From assembly GCF_964204645.1 (NCBI RefSeq), contig NC_134028.1, forward strand, positions 16,127,653 through 16,191,652: 64,000 bases of DNA. Reading direction: 5' to 3'. The notes under the pieces are model-generated. The model saw only the letters and a list, made by a program, of their open reading frames with translations, had not been told where the DNA came from and did no database searches. The DNA is from Tubulanus polymorphus. Lineage: Eukaryota; Animalia; Nemertea. This document shows, piece by piece, positions 13,744 to 26,731 of this stretch (position 1 is its first letter; each line of letters begins with the position of its first letter). The position numbers were made by a program, and so were the translations under genes.

Positions 13744-14214
13744 CACAGGCACTTGAATATGGGCTTTGATAATGGATAAATATTTAATAATTCACCAGCG
13801 ATATGTTATTCCTGACTTCGATAATCCGCCATGTTTTATAATGAAGTTACCCGTGATGCAACGCGTGCCCCTCGTCTAACTATACTATACAGAAAGGCTG
13901 GAAACGCTCCTATCTCCGTAATGCTTAAATCTACCCGCAACTATCGGGACAACCGAACACTGCCGATGATTGCCGAAGTACGTCCCAAGTGTTAATTTTA
14001 ATCCTGAAATACAAGGAGCGCCCATAATTTCAATTGTAGATGATTTTTTGGAAATATTGACACTGTTTTAGCTCCGTTAAAGATTTCAACTGGCAACAAA
14101 ATTGATTTTTGAAAATTTGCGATGCCACTTCGTGGTGTTTTTATCGTAAATTACAATAAATTTTATCATTTTTAACACACCAACAAGGTCAAAGCACATA
14201 TTCAAGTGCCTGTG
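13744..14214. mobile_element. Putative non-autonomous CMC-type (CAC...GTG) element
   Basis: 26-bp inverted repeat cacaggcacttgaatatg(g/t)gctttga with one mismatch, flanked by AT on both sides. Confidence 0.5.
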
Positions 14215-14560
14215 ATGAAATTAAAAATTCTTGTCATTCGGGACTGGGACTGTGGGGGGCCGGGTGGCGAGATTCGTCTGACTGGGACTAGCGAAATTTG
14301 TCTTTGAGTCTGAGGTGCCATAAGTGAATCAATTTGTAAAAAGAAGCTGTCACAAAAATTATTTCAGCTTTGTGCTAGTCAGTCCCTTGACCTCGATATT
14401 TTGTCTAAATTTTTGTTGTTGTACTCATTAGGACATAGCCTACTGGAGATGACATACTGCGATGATGCGATATTTCCAAGAGTTAAATTCAAGTGATGCC
14501 GATGTGAAGTAGAAAGGATTGTTGTAAGTAGATTAAGATTTTATTGAAACGTTTACAGCC

Positions 14561-16610
14561 GCTGACAGTAGAGCGAGCGGGAGGGATTAAACCCGAACAT
14601 AACTCTACGGTTTAAAAACCATAGAGTTGCCCATTTCCCATCCACTTCTCTACTGTCAGACAAACAGACAGATAGACTGACAGACAGACATAGACAGACA
14701 GAATACATTAATATTTAATCGGCTGACAGTAGAGCGAGCGGGAGGGATTAAACCCGAACATAACTCTATGGTTTAAAAACCATAGAGTTGCCCATTTCCC
14801 ATCCACTTCTCTACTGTCAGACAAACAGACAGATAGACTGACAGACAGACATAGACAAACAGAATACATTAATATTTAATCGGCTGACAGTAGAGCGAGC
14901 GGGAGGGATTAAACCCGAACATAACTCTATGGTTTAAAAACCATAGAGTTGCCCATTTCCCATCCACTTCTCTACTGTCAGACAAACAGACAGATAGACT
15001 GACAGACAGACATAGACAGACAGAATACATTAATATTTAATCGGCTGACAGTAGAGCGAGCGGGAGGGATTAAACCCGAACATAACTCTATGGTTTAAAA
15101 ACCATAGAGTTGCCCATTTCCCATCCACTTCTCTACTGTCAGACAAACAGACAGATAGACTGACAGACAGACATAGACAAACAGAATACATTAATATTTA
15201 ATCGGCTGACAGTAGAGCGAGCGGGAGGGATTAAACCCGAACATAACTCTACGGTTTAAAAACCATAGAGTTGCCCATTTCCCATCCACTTCTCTACTGT
15301 CAGACAAACAGACAGATAGACTGACAGACAGACATAGACAGACAGAATACATTAATATTTAATCGGCTGACAGTAGAGCGAGCGGGAGGGATTAAACCCG
15401 AACATAACTCTATGGTTTAAAAACCATAGAGTTGCCCATTTCCCATCCACTTCTCTACTGTCAGACAAACAGACAGATAGACTGACAGACAGACATAGAC
15501 AAACAGAATACATTAATATTTAATCGGCTGACAGTAGAGCGAGCGGGAGGGATTAAACCCGAACATAACTCTATGGTTTAAAAACCATAGAGTTGCCCAT
15601 TTCCCATCCACTTCTCTACTGTCAGACAAACAGACAGATAGACTGACAGACAGACATAGACAGACAGAATACATTAATATTTAATCGGCTGACAGTAGAG
15701 CGAGCGGGAGGGATTAAACCCGAACATAACTCTATGGTTTAAAAACCATAGAGTTGCCCATTTCCCATCCACTTCTCTACTGTCAGACAAACAGACAGAT
15801 AGACTGACAGACAGACATAGACAAACAGAATACATTAATATTTAATCGGCTGACAGTAGAGCGAGCGGGAGGGATTAAACCCGAACATAACTCTATGGTT
15901 TAAAAACCATAGAGTTGCCCATTTCCCATCCACTTCTCTACTGTCAGACAAACAGACAGATAGACTGACAGACAGACATAGACAGACAGAATACATTAAT
16001 ATTTTATCGGCTGACAGTAGAGCGAGCGGGAGGGATTAAACCTGAACATAACTCTATGGTTTAAAAACCATAGAGTTGCCCATTTCCCATCCACTTCTCT
16101 ACTGTCAGACAAACAGACAGATAGACTGACAGACAGACATAGACAGACAGAATACATTAATATTTAATCGGCTGACAGTAGAGCGAGCGGGAGGGATTAA
16201 ACCCGAACATAACTCTATGGTTTAAAAACCATAGAGTTGCCCATTTCCCATCCACTTCTCTACTGTCAGACAAACAGACAGATAGACTGACAGACAGACA
16301 TAGACAAACAGAATACATTAATATTTAATCGGCTGACAGTAGAGCGAGCGGGAGGGATAAAACCCGAACATAACTCTATGGTTTAAAAACCATAGAGTTG
16401 CCCATTTCCCATCCACTTCTCTACTGTCAGACAAACAGACAGATTGACAGACAGACAGACATAGACAAACAGAATACATTAATATTTAATCGGCTGACAG
16501 TAGAGCGAGCGGGAGGGATTAAACCCGAACATAACTCTATGGTTTAAAAACCATAGAGTTGCCCATTTCCCATCCACTTCTCTACTGTCAGACAAACAGA
16601 CAGATAGACA
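14561..16610. repeat. 161-bp tandem satellite (12 full copies + 1 partial), each unit a nested hairpin plus a GACA microsatellite
   Basis: Unit starts at 14561, 14722, 14883 ... 16493; outer IR ctgacagtagag/ctctactgtcag; inner IR aactctatggttt-aa-aaaccatagagtt. Confidence 0.97.
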
Positions 16611-16637
16611 GCCGTAAATCATGTTACACAAGCAAGA

Positions 16638-19600
16638 CTAATGTATGTTTGCAATATTTAAACATAATTTACAAGAACGTGTGTCTCCATTTTTTTTGTA
16701 GAAACCTCCACAAAAACATTTTCGTGTAACGCGGACATCGGTTTTGGACTTAGTACTATACAAACCCTGGTTGATAAACATCAGTTTCGCTCGTGTAACT
16801 TTATTTCTCAAGCATGAATAAACACGGACATCCCTATTCATGCTAGCGTGCTTGCTTTCCAAGCCCTGTTCCCCGAACATTCCCAGAGAACGCCAGATAT
16901 TGACAAATTCAGGCACATGAAAAATTAACATATGCATTTTGGGTGTTATTGTTTGTTCCGGGAAAGTTCTTGGAAACCAAGCACCGAAATCCTTACAAAA
17001 GGTTTCCAAATCTGCCACTTCTTCATCTGATAAAAATCTACATGCAGAATACAGTTTGTACATTTGTGCGAACCGTTGAAATAATTCTTGGTATATGAGC
17101 TGAATGTCTGGGTAATCTGATAGTACAGATAGTAATTTAACCGGATTATTTATTCCTTTATCAGGGTTTATGTTCAACAGCTTGTTGATATGGTTACCAT
17201 TGAATGAAAGTGAATGGTAAGCCTGTCTGTCTATTCCAATTTCATGCAGTTTTTCATTGAGCGCTGACTGTAGTGGACCCATTTTTGAGCAAACCTCTTT
17301 GTAAATTTCATCTAGCTTTAATTTTCTAGGTCTTATTTGATCTTTCTTTGCCTTTATGTCAGATTTGATTTTATTAGTTTCAGATTCGAGGTTTTTCAAG
17401 AACTTATGGCCTGTACTATTGGGTTTGAGACACCTTATGCACTTAAACGCTTCCACAGTGCCATAAATCGAAATGCAGTCAGTGTGGTACGGTGAATCAC
17501 AAGAGGTACAGTATTCAAAGTTGTTAACATTTCCATTTTCTATTTCCTGTATGACACAAATTGGGGCACCACAATGAAATGGTGAACGTCGCCTCTGATC
17601 TGCTCTTTTCAATACATCTATAGTCTCGATATTTTGTGCGAGTATTAATTTCAAATCTTCCAATTCATTTACAAGATTTTGGACTACGTTTGATACACTT
17701 TTCCATTTATGGTACAGTTCTGGGTCTCTGTTCCCTAATGTTGAATGGTCGAGATCTTTACATTTGTCTTCGACCATATCATAGATTTTTAGTCCGATTC
17801 CTAATGTTATGTGAAGAGGAGGTGGTACTAAGTGTTCTAAATCAAGTGGCCTATACAGCATAGGACCACTAATACTGTGCGATGACGGGCCAATCATGGT
17901 TGGTGCCGTCTCGATTAATTTAGAACTTTCGATATAGTGGTTAATACTACGGTTTTGATAAGTGTTCGCGGAATGAGAGGTGCCATCTTTTTTTCTCAGA
18001 TGATCAAGAGGCACCATGCACTTAAGACATGGATAAGATGCTGTTGAGCCCTGATGACCCATCATTGTGCTTTGATATGCAAGATCCCCGATGAAAAAAG
18101 TTCGAGCTTGTATTGTTTTTCCATCTAGAAAAATTGTGAATGGGGTTTCTAATGCCTCTTTTAATGGCCCGAAAATCATCTTCAAGTTTTCAGCATTATC
18201 AGTTGCTTCAAAATAACCGACCAATTCACAACTATCGGGGCTATTGGGTGATAGCCCATTAACTATGGAAAAAACCATTTTTGTACTCCCACCCCCCTTA
18301 TCAATTCCTGTCTTAATCCATATTTCATCGTGAAAGTTTTGATGGAATAAGAGATTTCCAATTTTGTGCAGATGTTCTGCATGTCTTTGAGCTTGTGCGT
18401 GAAAATCATCTATGATTACATAGGGCGCAAGTTTTCTTTCGTGTGTACGGGAATTAATCTCTAGGATTTCTTCACCCGCAATGACATAAGGGGCAAATGA
18501 CATTTCTCTGTTTTTTATTTCAGTTCGAATTTCTGCCACAGTTGGAAATACAGGAATGTCAAAGTTTTTTAAATCTCTCTTCAAATCAAGAAGACGAATC
18601 ATTGGCATTCGTTGCCTCAACTTAATGTCAACAGCCTGTTTTGGGGTGAGCATGTGGAACAGTTTGATATCAGCTTCACGTAAGGCTGCATTCGTTACCG
18701 TCGGATACCTTTTGAAAAATTTGGCGAGTGTACAAGCAGAATCTTGGACGTTACTTTCTGGTGATGATATTCCTTCAACAAAATCTTTCAATTTATCTGC
18801 GCGACTATTAAGCGTGTTTCTAGATGCTGACACTGACGGGGTACGGATTACTGGTACATTTGAGTTTAATTGAGATTGTAATGAAGAAATAGTTATATTT
18901 TGCTGATTGATTATTTTGTCTTTTTCTGTTATTTGATTTCTCAAAGTTGAAACTTCATTTTCCAATTCAATGATTCTTGTTGAGTCAGACTTTTGCCAGA
19001 AATTTGATTCTTCGTCAGTTGTAATGCTTATAGTATCTAAGCATGGCTCTGTCAAAGTTGACTCATCTTTATGGGGTGGAGAATTTATGAACTCCAGTTT
19101 TTTTTTACCTAGGCAAATTGAAGTTGAAGATGAGTAAGAGTGAAGAAGATAGAGGCAAAACAATTCATAATTCTAGAGTAATTGATTAATAATCAAATGT
19201 ATTTTACTACGTCACAATTAAGTGCAAGTTTTTCTTTATCTAACTATATCTCAGTGAAATAAATCGTCATAATTGATGAAATTCAGTACATGTATGACAT
19301 TTGTTATTAATCATTTGAAGCTTGATCTGTTTGTGATTTTATTTGAGTTCATTTCTACACCAGGGCTGGGTTTCAGAGATGTGTGGAAGCAAAATAGTTT
19401 CGGAACATTTAGAAAATTGTCAGTTATAACCATGGTTTCTCATTTTCACTATGGTGGTTGTCACACCGATTGAGGATTATTTGGTACTCAGTCTATGAAA
19501 CCGGGCCCAGGATATTCAAGGTTTTATTTATTCAATCTATTTTCCCAAAAAATATCACTACGCGACTACAACCCCGATATGGATTTTCTAATCCCTAAAA

Positions 19601-20057
19601 TTATGACTTCATCCTGGATTCCCATGAACTGGAACAGAGTATTCCAAAATTTGAATAAGACATGTATCTTTTTATAAGAGTAAGCTTTCTGGATTGAATA
19701 ACAAATTCAAGGTTACTGAAAATCTAGAACTTACAAATGCATGATCAATCATGTGAAACACGAACCAGAAACCATTCGCAGAAATAAAATGCAATGAATG
19801 AATTAAAGGAACAATGAATATCTTAAGGAATTCTTTATTAGTATCAAAAAGTCAACAAGAGTTTTTCATGAAATTTAGACTCACAGTTTCTTCTTTTTTG
19901 GCCGAACCGTCGTTTTTTCCCGCCAGCGCCAACTTTTGAACCAAGCGATCCACCTGAAAAATAGAAATAGCAATGTTTTTAAAGATCTTTCAATTTCATC
20001 CATATGAACTAAAAAATTAATTTTGTTGTTGCTCAACTTACCAGAGTGTTGTGACAT
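16638..20057 (-). CDS. Chapaev-like (CMC; Transib/RAG1-related) DDE transposase with inserted PHD finger, 3 exons, ~851 aa
   Basis: Motifs GIDKGGGSTK, FIGDLAY...YPCLKC, PPPLHITLG, QAYHSLSFNGNH, TPKMHMLIFH, GEQGLESKH. Phase-consistent exons 20057-20042, 19953-19885 and 19108-16638 with GT-AG boundaries give MSQHSGGSLGSKVGAGGKKRRFGQKRRNCKKKLEF. Confidence 0.8.
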
Positions 20058-20783
20058 TTTGAAGTTGTAGAAGTCGACAAGAAAACTGAAAATATATTTG
20101 GAAAAATCAGCTTCATGCAGCTTGGCATTTTTAGACAATTTCTGATTTCTGATTAGTAATAGAATACTTACCGAGCGACGACAAAATGTCTGCAACTGCA
20201 ACTGTCTGAATTCAAACAGTGAGAGTTGAAGTAGACCGACGAGAAAACTGAAAATATATATCAACTCCATGTAGTAGGCCTAGTTGTGTGCTTTATAGAC
20301 AATTTCTGATTAGGAATACTAACTGGAGCGACAACAAAATTTTGAGTAAGGGGCTGAATTCGAACTCCAAATTATTTCCAACGAGAAAACTGAAAATATT
20401 CCAAAAATCATAGGGTAGTTGTGCATTTTATAGACAATTTCTGATTAGGAAGCTTAGCCCTACTTACCAAAGTGGAAAGATGTCGAGCTTAAGGGTTCGA
20501 ATTCAAACACCCAAGGCCATTCATCCACCAGCCTACCGACATATGCGTAATAGCAATAAAAAAGAAACTGAAAATGATACCGAAAACCCTACTTATTAGA
20601 CATAAGAGGCCTGGCCTAGATTTGAAAAAATAATACTGGCCCAATGAGTGACCACAGTACTTAGTAATAGTTTGAATAGGCCTTTTGGTATTGTGGTCGA
20701 TCCGGAAAGTGAAGAAGTGTGCTGGATTGTAAACAGGTAAATAGCCTAATGCGACGAGCTCGCATCTCGAGTGGCCTAAATAA

Positions 20784-23700
20784 TTAGCCATAGCCTACAT
20801 TGGTTTGCTTTCCAGATACTGTTTTCACCCAAAAGTTAATCATCCTGCGTCTAACATCTATATTCAAAGGGTAACGTCCTAGCTCTGATAAAACTTGTAA
20901 GTTGCGAGAATATTTCGTCACTTTCATTAAGATTTTACAGAAGAAGCAATGAATATTTTCTAATAAATCAAGATTTTCATATCCCCAGATCTCACACCCA
21001 TACATGGCTATTGGAGCAACACACGTATCAAATAATTTAAACATAACATCTATGGGCAATTTCAAACGTCTGCCTTTTTGAACGATCGAAAACATAGCTC
21101 TGATAGCTTTATCGTAAAGATACTTTTTTGCCTTAGCAAAGTTACCATTTCAATTGAATTTTACTCCGAGATAAACATAATCTTCCACTACCTCTAACTC
21201 TTGATCACCAAACATAAATTTCGAAATCGTTTTTATCCGGGATTTACTTCGCGCAAATACTAGTACTTTAGTTTTCTCTGAGTTAACAGTGAGACCATTA
21301 GCCGCGCAATATTCAAATAAGGTATCTAAGTGTAGCTGAAGAGATTTCTCATCCTCAGCAAGAATAACTGTATCATCTGCGTATAGTATTATGAATAAAT
21401 TCAGTAAAGTATCAATATCCTGATCACGATTCAAATTTAGTTTTTCTATAAATGACAAAGTCGGTTTTCCACGATCAATGAAAAATTCTTCAATGTCGTT
21501 TAAGAATAACGAAAAGAGGATAGGTGAGAGATTTTCGCCTTGTCTTAAGCCTCTATCAGCTGCAAAGTATTGTGACGTGCAACCATTTAATCTAACACAT
21601 GATTTTATGGAGTTATACATATTTTTGACCACATTGAAAAAGTTTCCATTAACATTGTTAGCAATTAATTTTCGCCATAACTTTACCCTACAAATCGAGT
21701 CGAAAGCTTTCTTAAAATCAACAAAGGCGCAAAAAAGTCTTCTTCCCTGACAAAGATACAGCTCTACGATTGTTTTAAGCGTGTAAATATGATCAATGGT
21801 GGAATATTTCGATCTAAAGCCAGCCTGGGCTTCACTTATAATGTGATTCGTATCTAGAAATGTTGACAATCTTTGATTTAGGATACTTGTAAATAATTTA
21901 CCAAGACAGCTAACTAAGGTAATACCTCTATAATTATCAGGATTAGAGGGATCGCCATTCTTTTTGAAAATGGGTTTGATGACGCCTATAGACCACATCT
22001 CTGGAACATATCCTGTTTTAAGAACTAAATTGAATAATTTTTGTAATATATCAACTAAAAACGGATACTGACTAACTCCCAACAGCTCATTCGTGATTCC
22101 ATCAATGCCTGGGGCCTTATTGTTTTTGAGTAAAGAGATAGCCTTAATTACCTCATCACTGGTTATATCACTGTTCAAAATATAATTGTCATAGACAGGA
22201 TGGTCACCCACGTCTGGGGGCTCATCACCGTCATCGGTTTCATTGTTAACATTATTCAAATCATTTAATCTCATAAAATGTTCAAGAAAAATATCAATAT
22301 CTATATTAGCCTCATTATTTTTTGTTCCGCTCGCAGAGTTTAGCATCGACCAATACTTTTTTGGGTTATTAATTTCGCATTCTCTCAATTCCTTAATAAA
22401 TTCATCCTTTTGTTTCTTCTTATTTTCTCGGATGACCTTTTTAGTTTTTAGACGAGTTCTTAAGGGATTCAAAATTGGAAGGGGTAGGGCAACCCCTATA
22501 TCTTTTTTTCATATAATTATATTTCTTCTGTGCATCTCTACAGTCCCTGCCAAACCATCTGTTGCGGACCGGTTTTTTGCAGTTATTACTTTTCCTACTT
22601 TTTCTATGGTACATCAAATTACACTCATCAGCACTTGATAATAAAGAAGATACAAATCTATCGGTAAATCCATTAATGTCATCTGGCGATTGATTTCCTA
22701 GATCTTGCAACCCGTCCAACAGTAACTTATCTAAATCATTATCTCGTAATCTTGATTCTACATTCAGGAAAAATTGATTTGATCTAGTACTGACCCACCT
22801 AATTGAAGTTTTAAAGTTTGCGTGTTCATTACCCCTTTCATTATCGCTAGCAATGGTGTCCCTAGAATTCGTATACACGCGCAGATTAATAGGATTATGT
22901 CCATCAGATAATAACGGGTCAAAAGGCATTATTTCAAAGTCCTTTACATAACCAAACAGTTCTAAATCACACACAAAATAATCGATGACACTAGTGTTCC
23001 TAAAGGCTGGCTTATGTCGACACGCGACGCCTACCGACTCCTACCGACGCAACTGGGAGCAACCGCGATCGCAGCCTAGCTTATGTCGACTGCGCTCTGA
23101 TTCGCAGCAACTGAGGCCGACTAGCGGGATATGAGATCCTCCCAGTTGTTTCCCTGCTTATGTCGGTTGCGATTACTAGCAACCGCAACGGCTCAAATGG
23201 TCACGTGATAAGCATTTTGAGAATAAATTTGAATTATTAGGAAATATATTTCTATTAGAAAAGCTATTTCTTTTAAGACTTTGATCTTTCTGATTCTGTT
23301 TTGAATACAACGTGCTAGTGACATCTATAAAGATGGCCGCTCACACCATAATTCTACCAATTTCGTTTCTAGATCTTCGGTCCAGTCCTCTGCTGTGCTG
23401 AAGGTTTGGTTTACGTTTTGAACTACTTGAATTTGAAAGTTTATGACTAATTACGAATGACGCTAACTAGCGGTGATAATTTGTAATATGTATATACGGG
23501 CTCTCATTGGCTGGAACCCCTGTGCTCAGTTCCGTCGCGTCGCCGATGAGCTTATGTCGGCTGCGATCAAAAGCAACTGCCCGCGTACCGTAGGCCCGAG
23601 TAGAACATGGGCAACTAGCCGGATACAGCTTACGACGAGTCGGTAGGCGTCGCGTTGCCGTCGCATGCCAGCTTATGTCGAATCGATTGAGGAGCAGCTG

Positions 23701-24115
23701 GCGGCCTCTCGTAGGCCGCTAGTTGCCGCGAATCGGCGATAAACCGAGTTGCGTCGGTAGGCGTCGCGTTGCTTGTCGACATAAGCCAGCCTTAAAAGTA
23801 GAATTACCTGTCTGATCATTGCCACATCTGCCATTGAGGGTAATTAGTGAATGGTTCTTACACAAATCTATTAGCTGATAGCCTGTATTATTCGTTCTTT
23901 TGTCCTGATTATTTCTAGTAGTGTGAACGCCTAAACTGATCAACGAGTCAAAATGGTCTAAGTTATCATTTTGAATTATCTGATTATTGGGTTCCAAAAG
24001 TCTGGCATATAAGCGGTGTGAGCATTAAAGTCACCAGAAATTAATACATTGAAATCATACTCAACTTTCAATTTTAATAACTGTATTTCAATTTCTCTGA
24101 TAGCTATTTCTGAAT
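20784..24115 (-). mobile_element. LINE (APE endonuclease + RT), decayed, truncated at both ends, interrupted by a MITE
   Basis: ISGDFNAHT and SVIDY endonuclease motifs; RT motifs KAPGIDGI, NYRGITL, QAGFR, FVDFKKAFD, GLRQGENLSP, LYADD. Confidence 0.9.
23004..23792. mobile_element. PIF/Harbinger-type MITE, 789 bp
   Basis: TIR aggctggcttatgtcgaca / tgtcgacataagccagcct; TAA duplication at 23001-23003 and 23793-23795; internal repeats of gcttatgtcg. Confidence 0.92.
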
Positions 24116-24120
24116 AATAA

Positions 24121-24267
24121 CGTCTTCTTAGAATCTAGTTAAAGCTTGTTATTATAAAAAAGTTAAGATGTCAAACAATTCGTCAATCGTTTTATTAGCA
24201 AATAAACGCATTAATGAACGTTTGTCAATATAAAGAAGAAGTTTGGTTCAATTGATCTATCTCGACA
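24121..24267 (+). repeat. 3' part of the 5' LTR of BEL/Pao element 2
   Basis: Near-identical to ~47954-48097 (cgtcttcttagaatctag...ctatctcgaca). Confidence 0.9.
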
Positions 24268-24271
24268 TAAT

Positions 24272-24619
24272 AGTAATAGGGATAATAGGCTTTCAGGCCA
24301 AAGGTCGAACGGTCGAGCTCGTAAAAATGAAAAACATGAAAATAATTACAATTTCTACTTGAATTACTCGCGAAACTCATAAAAATGAAAAATAAATTCT
24401 CACTCGAATTTATTTTTCATTTTTATGAGTTTCGCGAGTAATTCAAGTAGAAATTGTAATTATTTTCATGTTTTTCATTTTTTACTCACCCGCCCGTTCA
24501 ACCTTTAACCTGAAAGCCTATTATCCCTATTACTCTTAAAATAATCATGTATATGAATACCATTTAAATTGACAGATTATTCAATATAAAAGTGTAAGCT
24601 CTTATAGAATAGATATATA
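24272..24619 (+). repeat. Left TIR; 24272-24534 is a fold-back palindrome
   Basis: Reverse complement of 41245-41594; agtaatagggataataggctttcagg...cctgaaagcctattatccctattact, with loop tcactc near 24400. Confidence 0.95.
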
Positions 24620-24624
24620 AATAG

Positions 24625-25238
24625 TTATTTTATAAATATATATTCATATGGAAATTGTAGTCTCAGTAATAATTTTGAACCTTTATTATTCTTTAATTTA
24701 TTCATATATTCATCATGTAATTCAGTAGGTATAATTTGATTTTCTTCCAATGATTGTTGCATAGATTTTCTATCTTTGTTATAAAATAAAACTAGAAATC
24801 TTATATTCTCCCTAAAGTCTTTAACAATTGAATTATATTTTTGATTTAAAACCCATGTTGTTATCCCAAAATGTCTTCCAGAGAAAGCTAGATAACATAA
24901 CTCACTTTCTCTAACTTTTGAATCATGTAAATTTGGGCAATCATCTATAATGAATAATGTATTTGATCCTTTATAAGTATCAATTGCTATTTTTATACAA
25001 TTATCTAAATTTTCTATTACTGTTTTACAGGATCTAATATAATAAACTTTTTTATCTTAACTATATCTCTATTATATGTTTTATTCATTTCATAAGTAGG
25101 ACAAAATAATATTATATTATCAAAATGATTCTTATAAATAGTTTCTAACAAATCTAATATGAAATGTGTTTTACCACAATTGGTTACACCAGTAACTAAC
25201 ATATTATGCGGTTCAAATATAAATAAATCTTTATTCAT
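24625..25238 (-). pseudogene. Genome-packaging ATPase (A32/FtsK-like), frameshifted near 25017
   Basis: Walker A GVTNCGKT; Walker B LFIIDDC; LAFSGRHFGITTWVLNQ in the downstream frame. Confidence 0.88.
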
Positions 25239-26326
25239 TTATTCTTTTAATTTTACTAGATAAAATCCATTCATTAGATTTATCATCATATCCTTTATAT
25301 TTCACCAAAGAATACTTTTTTCCTTTAAGAGTTTTTGTTTTCAATACTTTTTCTATTTTGTATTCTATTTCATCTGGGTTTGGTACAAGTGATAATTCTT
25401 GTTCATAGAAATAACCTAATATTTCTTCATCTTTTATATCTTCTAATTTATAAACAAATGGTTTAGTTAATATTATCTTTTTAATCTTAAATATTTCTTC
25501 TGTAAAATTTGGGGTATAACCTTTATAAAATGTTTTTCTATATTTAGATATTCTTACATGTTGCCCTATTTTAAATTTAGGTTCACCGAAATCATGTGTA
25601 ACAAACGCGCCATATAAATTAGGCCCTATTCCAAACTATTCCCGAATTATCTTCTTTTCTAGCTTGTATAGGTTTCATATTTATAGAACTATGTTTAGAA
25701 TTATTATAACCTTTCACTAAATCATCTAACACATCGATATATTTATATGTTTCATTAGCAGTAAAATATTTCCACATTCTAGTTTTCAATGTTTTATTAA
25801 ATCTTTCTATAATAGATGCTTTTTTATCTGAATGTGTTGAAAAATATATACATCGTTATCAGATAAGTTTTTTTAAATGTTTGTTATAAAATTCCTTACC
25901 TTCATCAAATTGTATCTTATCTGGAATAGCTTCTTTAAATATAGATTTAAAAGCATTTGTCACTTCTATTCCAGTTTTATTTTTTATTGGAATTGACCAT
26001 GCGTATCTACTGAATATGTCTATAACATTCAGTATCCAGAGATATCCTTTGTTGTATTCCTCTAAGTTCTTCATGTCAATTAAATCAGCTTGCCATTGTT
26101 GATCGATATATGAAACCATAACTTTTCTTGTTAAATAAGTTTTATCCATTTTCTTGTGGATTTGATATGTTGGTTGATTTTGTAACCATGATTTTAATTC
26201 ACTATATTTTATACCACCATTTTCATTATCAGATTTAATTTTATTCCATAATTCTGAAACGTTAGAATATGATACTTCACTTTCTGGGTTGTAATATAAA
26301 TCTCTTAAATATTGTTCTTTTTTCAT
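25231..26326 (-). pseudogene. Retroviral-type (rve) integrase with C-terminal chromodomain, frameshifted
   Basis: QQWQADLIDM, VIDIFSRYAW, QFDEGKEF, ASIIERFNKTLK, KGYTPNFTEEIF, and chromodomain-like LVKYKGYDDKSNEWI. Confidence 0.92.
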
Positions 26327-26332
26327 CTTATT

Positions 26333-26731
26333 TTAATCCATTAATAATAATTTAGATTTAGTTTCAATGGCTTTATGATTTGACTTATTTTCTGGTATAA
26401 TAGGTTTATTGTCTGTACACGGATAACTAAGTTTCCGATTATCATTGGAATCATCTTTATCATCAGATTTGAATTTTGATTTATATATTACACCGGATAA
26501 TATAATAACTGTTACTAATCCAATTGTAATATATAATTTATAATTACTTCCAGCATTAGAAGAATCAGATGGATTATTATTCGAATCAATATCAGATAAA
26601 GTCTGTGATTCATTTATATCAGTTAATTTCTTTTTCTTAGCTTTTTTTAATTCTGAAGATCTTTTACCTAATTCTCTTGCCCATTTAATTTGTTTCTCGG
26701 ATCTAGCCTGTTTCTTAACGCCATCACTCAT
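26333..26731 (-). CDS. Viral hypothetical protein, basic N-terminus and single TM helix
   Basis: 132-aa ORF; hydrophobic LYITIGLVTVIILSGVIY; TAAATG start. Confidence 0.6.
   Translation of the reverse strand: MSDGVKKQARSEKQIKWARELGKRSSELKKAKKKKLTDINESQTLSDIDSNNNPSDSSNAGSNYKLYITIGLVTVIILSGVIYKSKFKSDDKDDSNDNRKLSYPCTDNKPIIPENKSNHKAIETKSKLLLMD

Noticed and set aside
14561-16610. CRISPR-like array
   Set aside because: Whole 161-bp units are near identical, with no unique spacers and no cas genes, in a eukaryotic context.
16638-19163. True RAG1/ProtoRAG locus
   Set aside because: No RAG2-like ORF, RING domain or heptamer-nonamer TIRs are visible; the motifs fit Chapaev-like transposases better. 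The ORF-track N-terminus (MFCLYLL...) is probably intron sequence.
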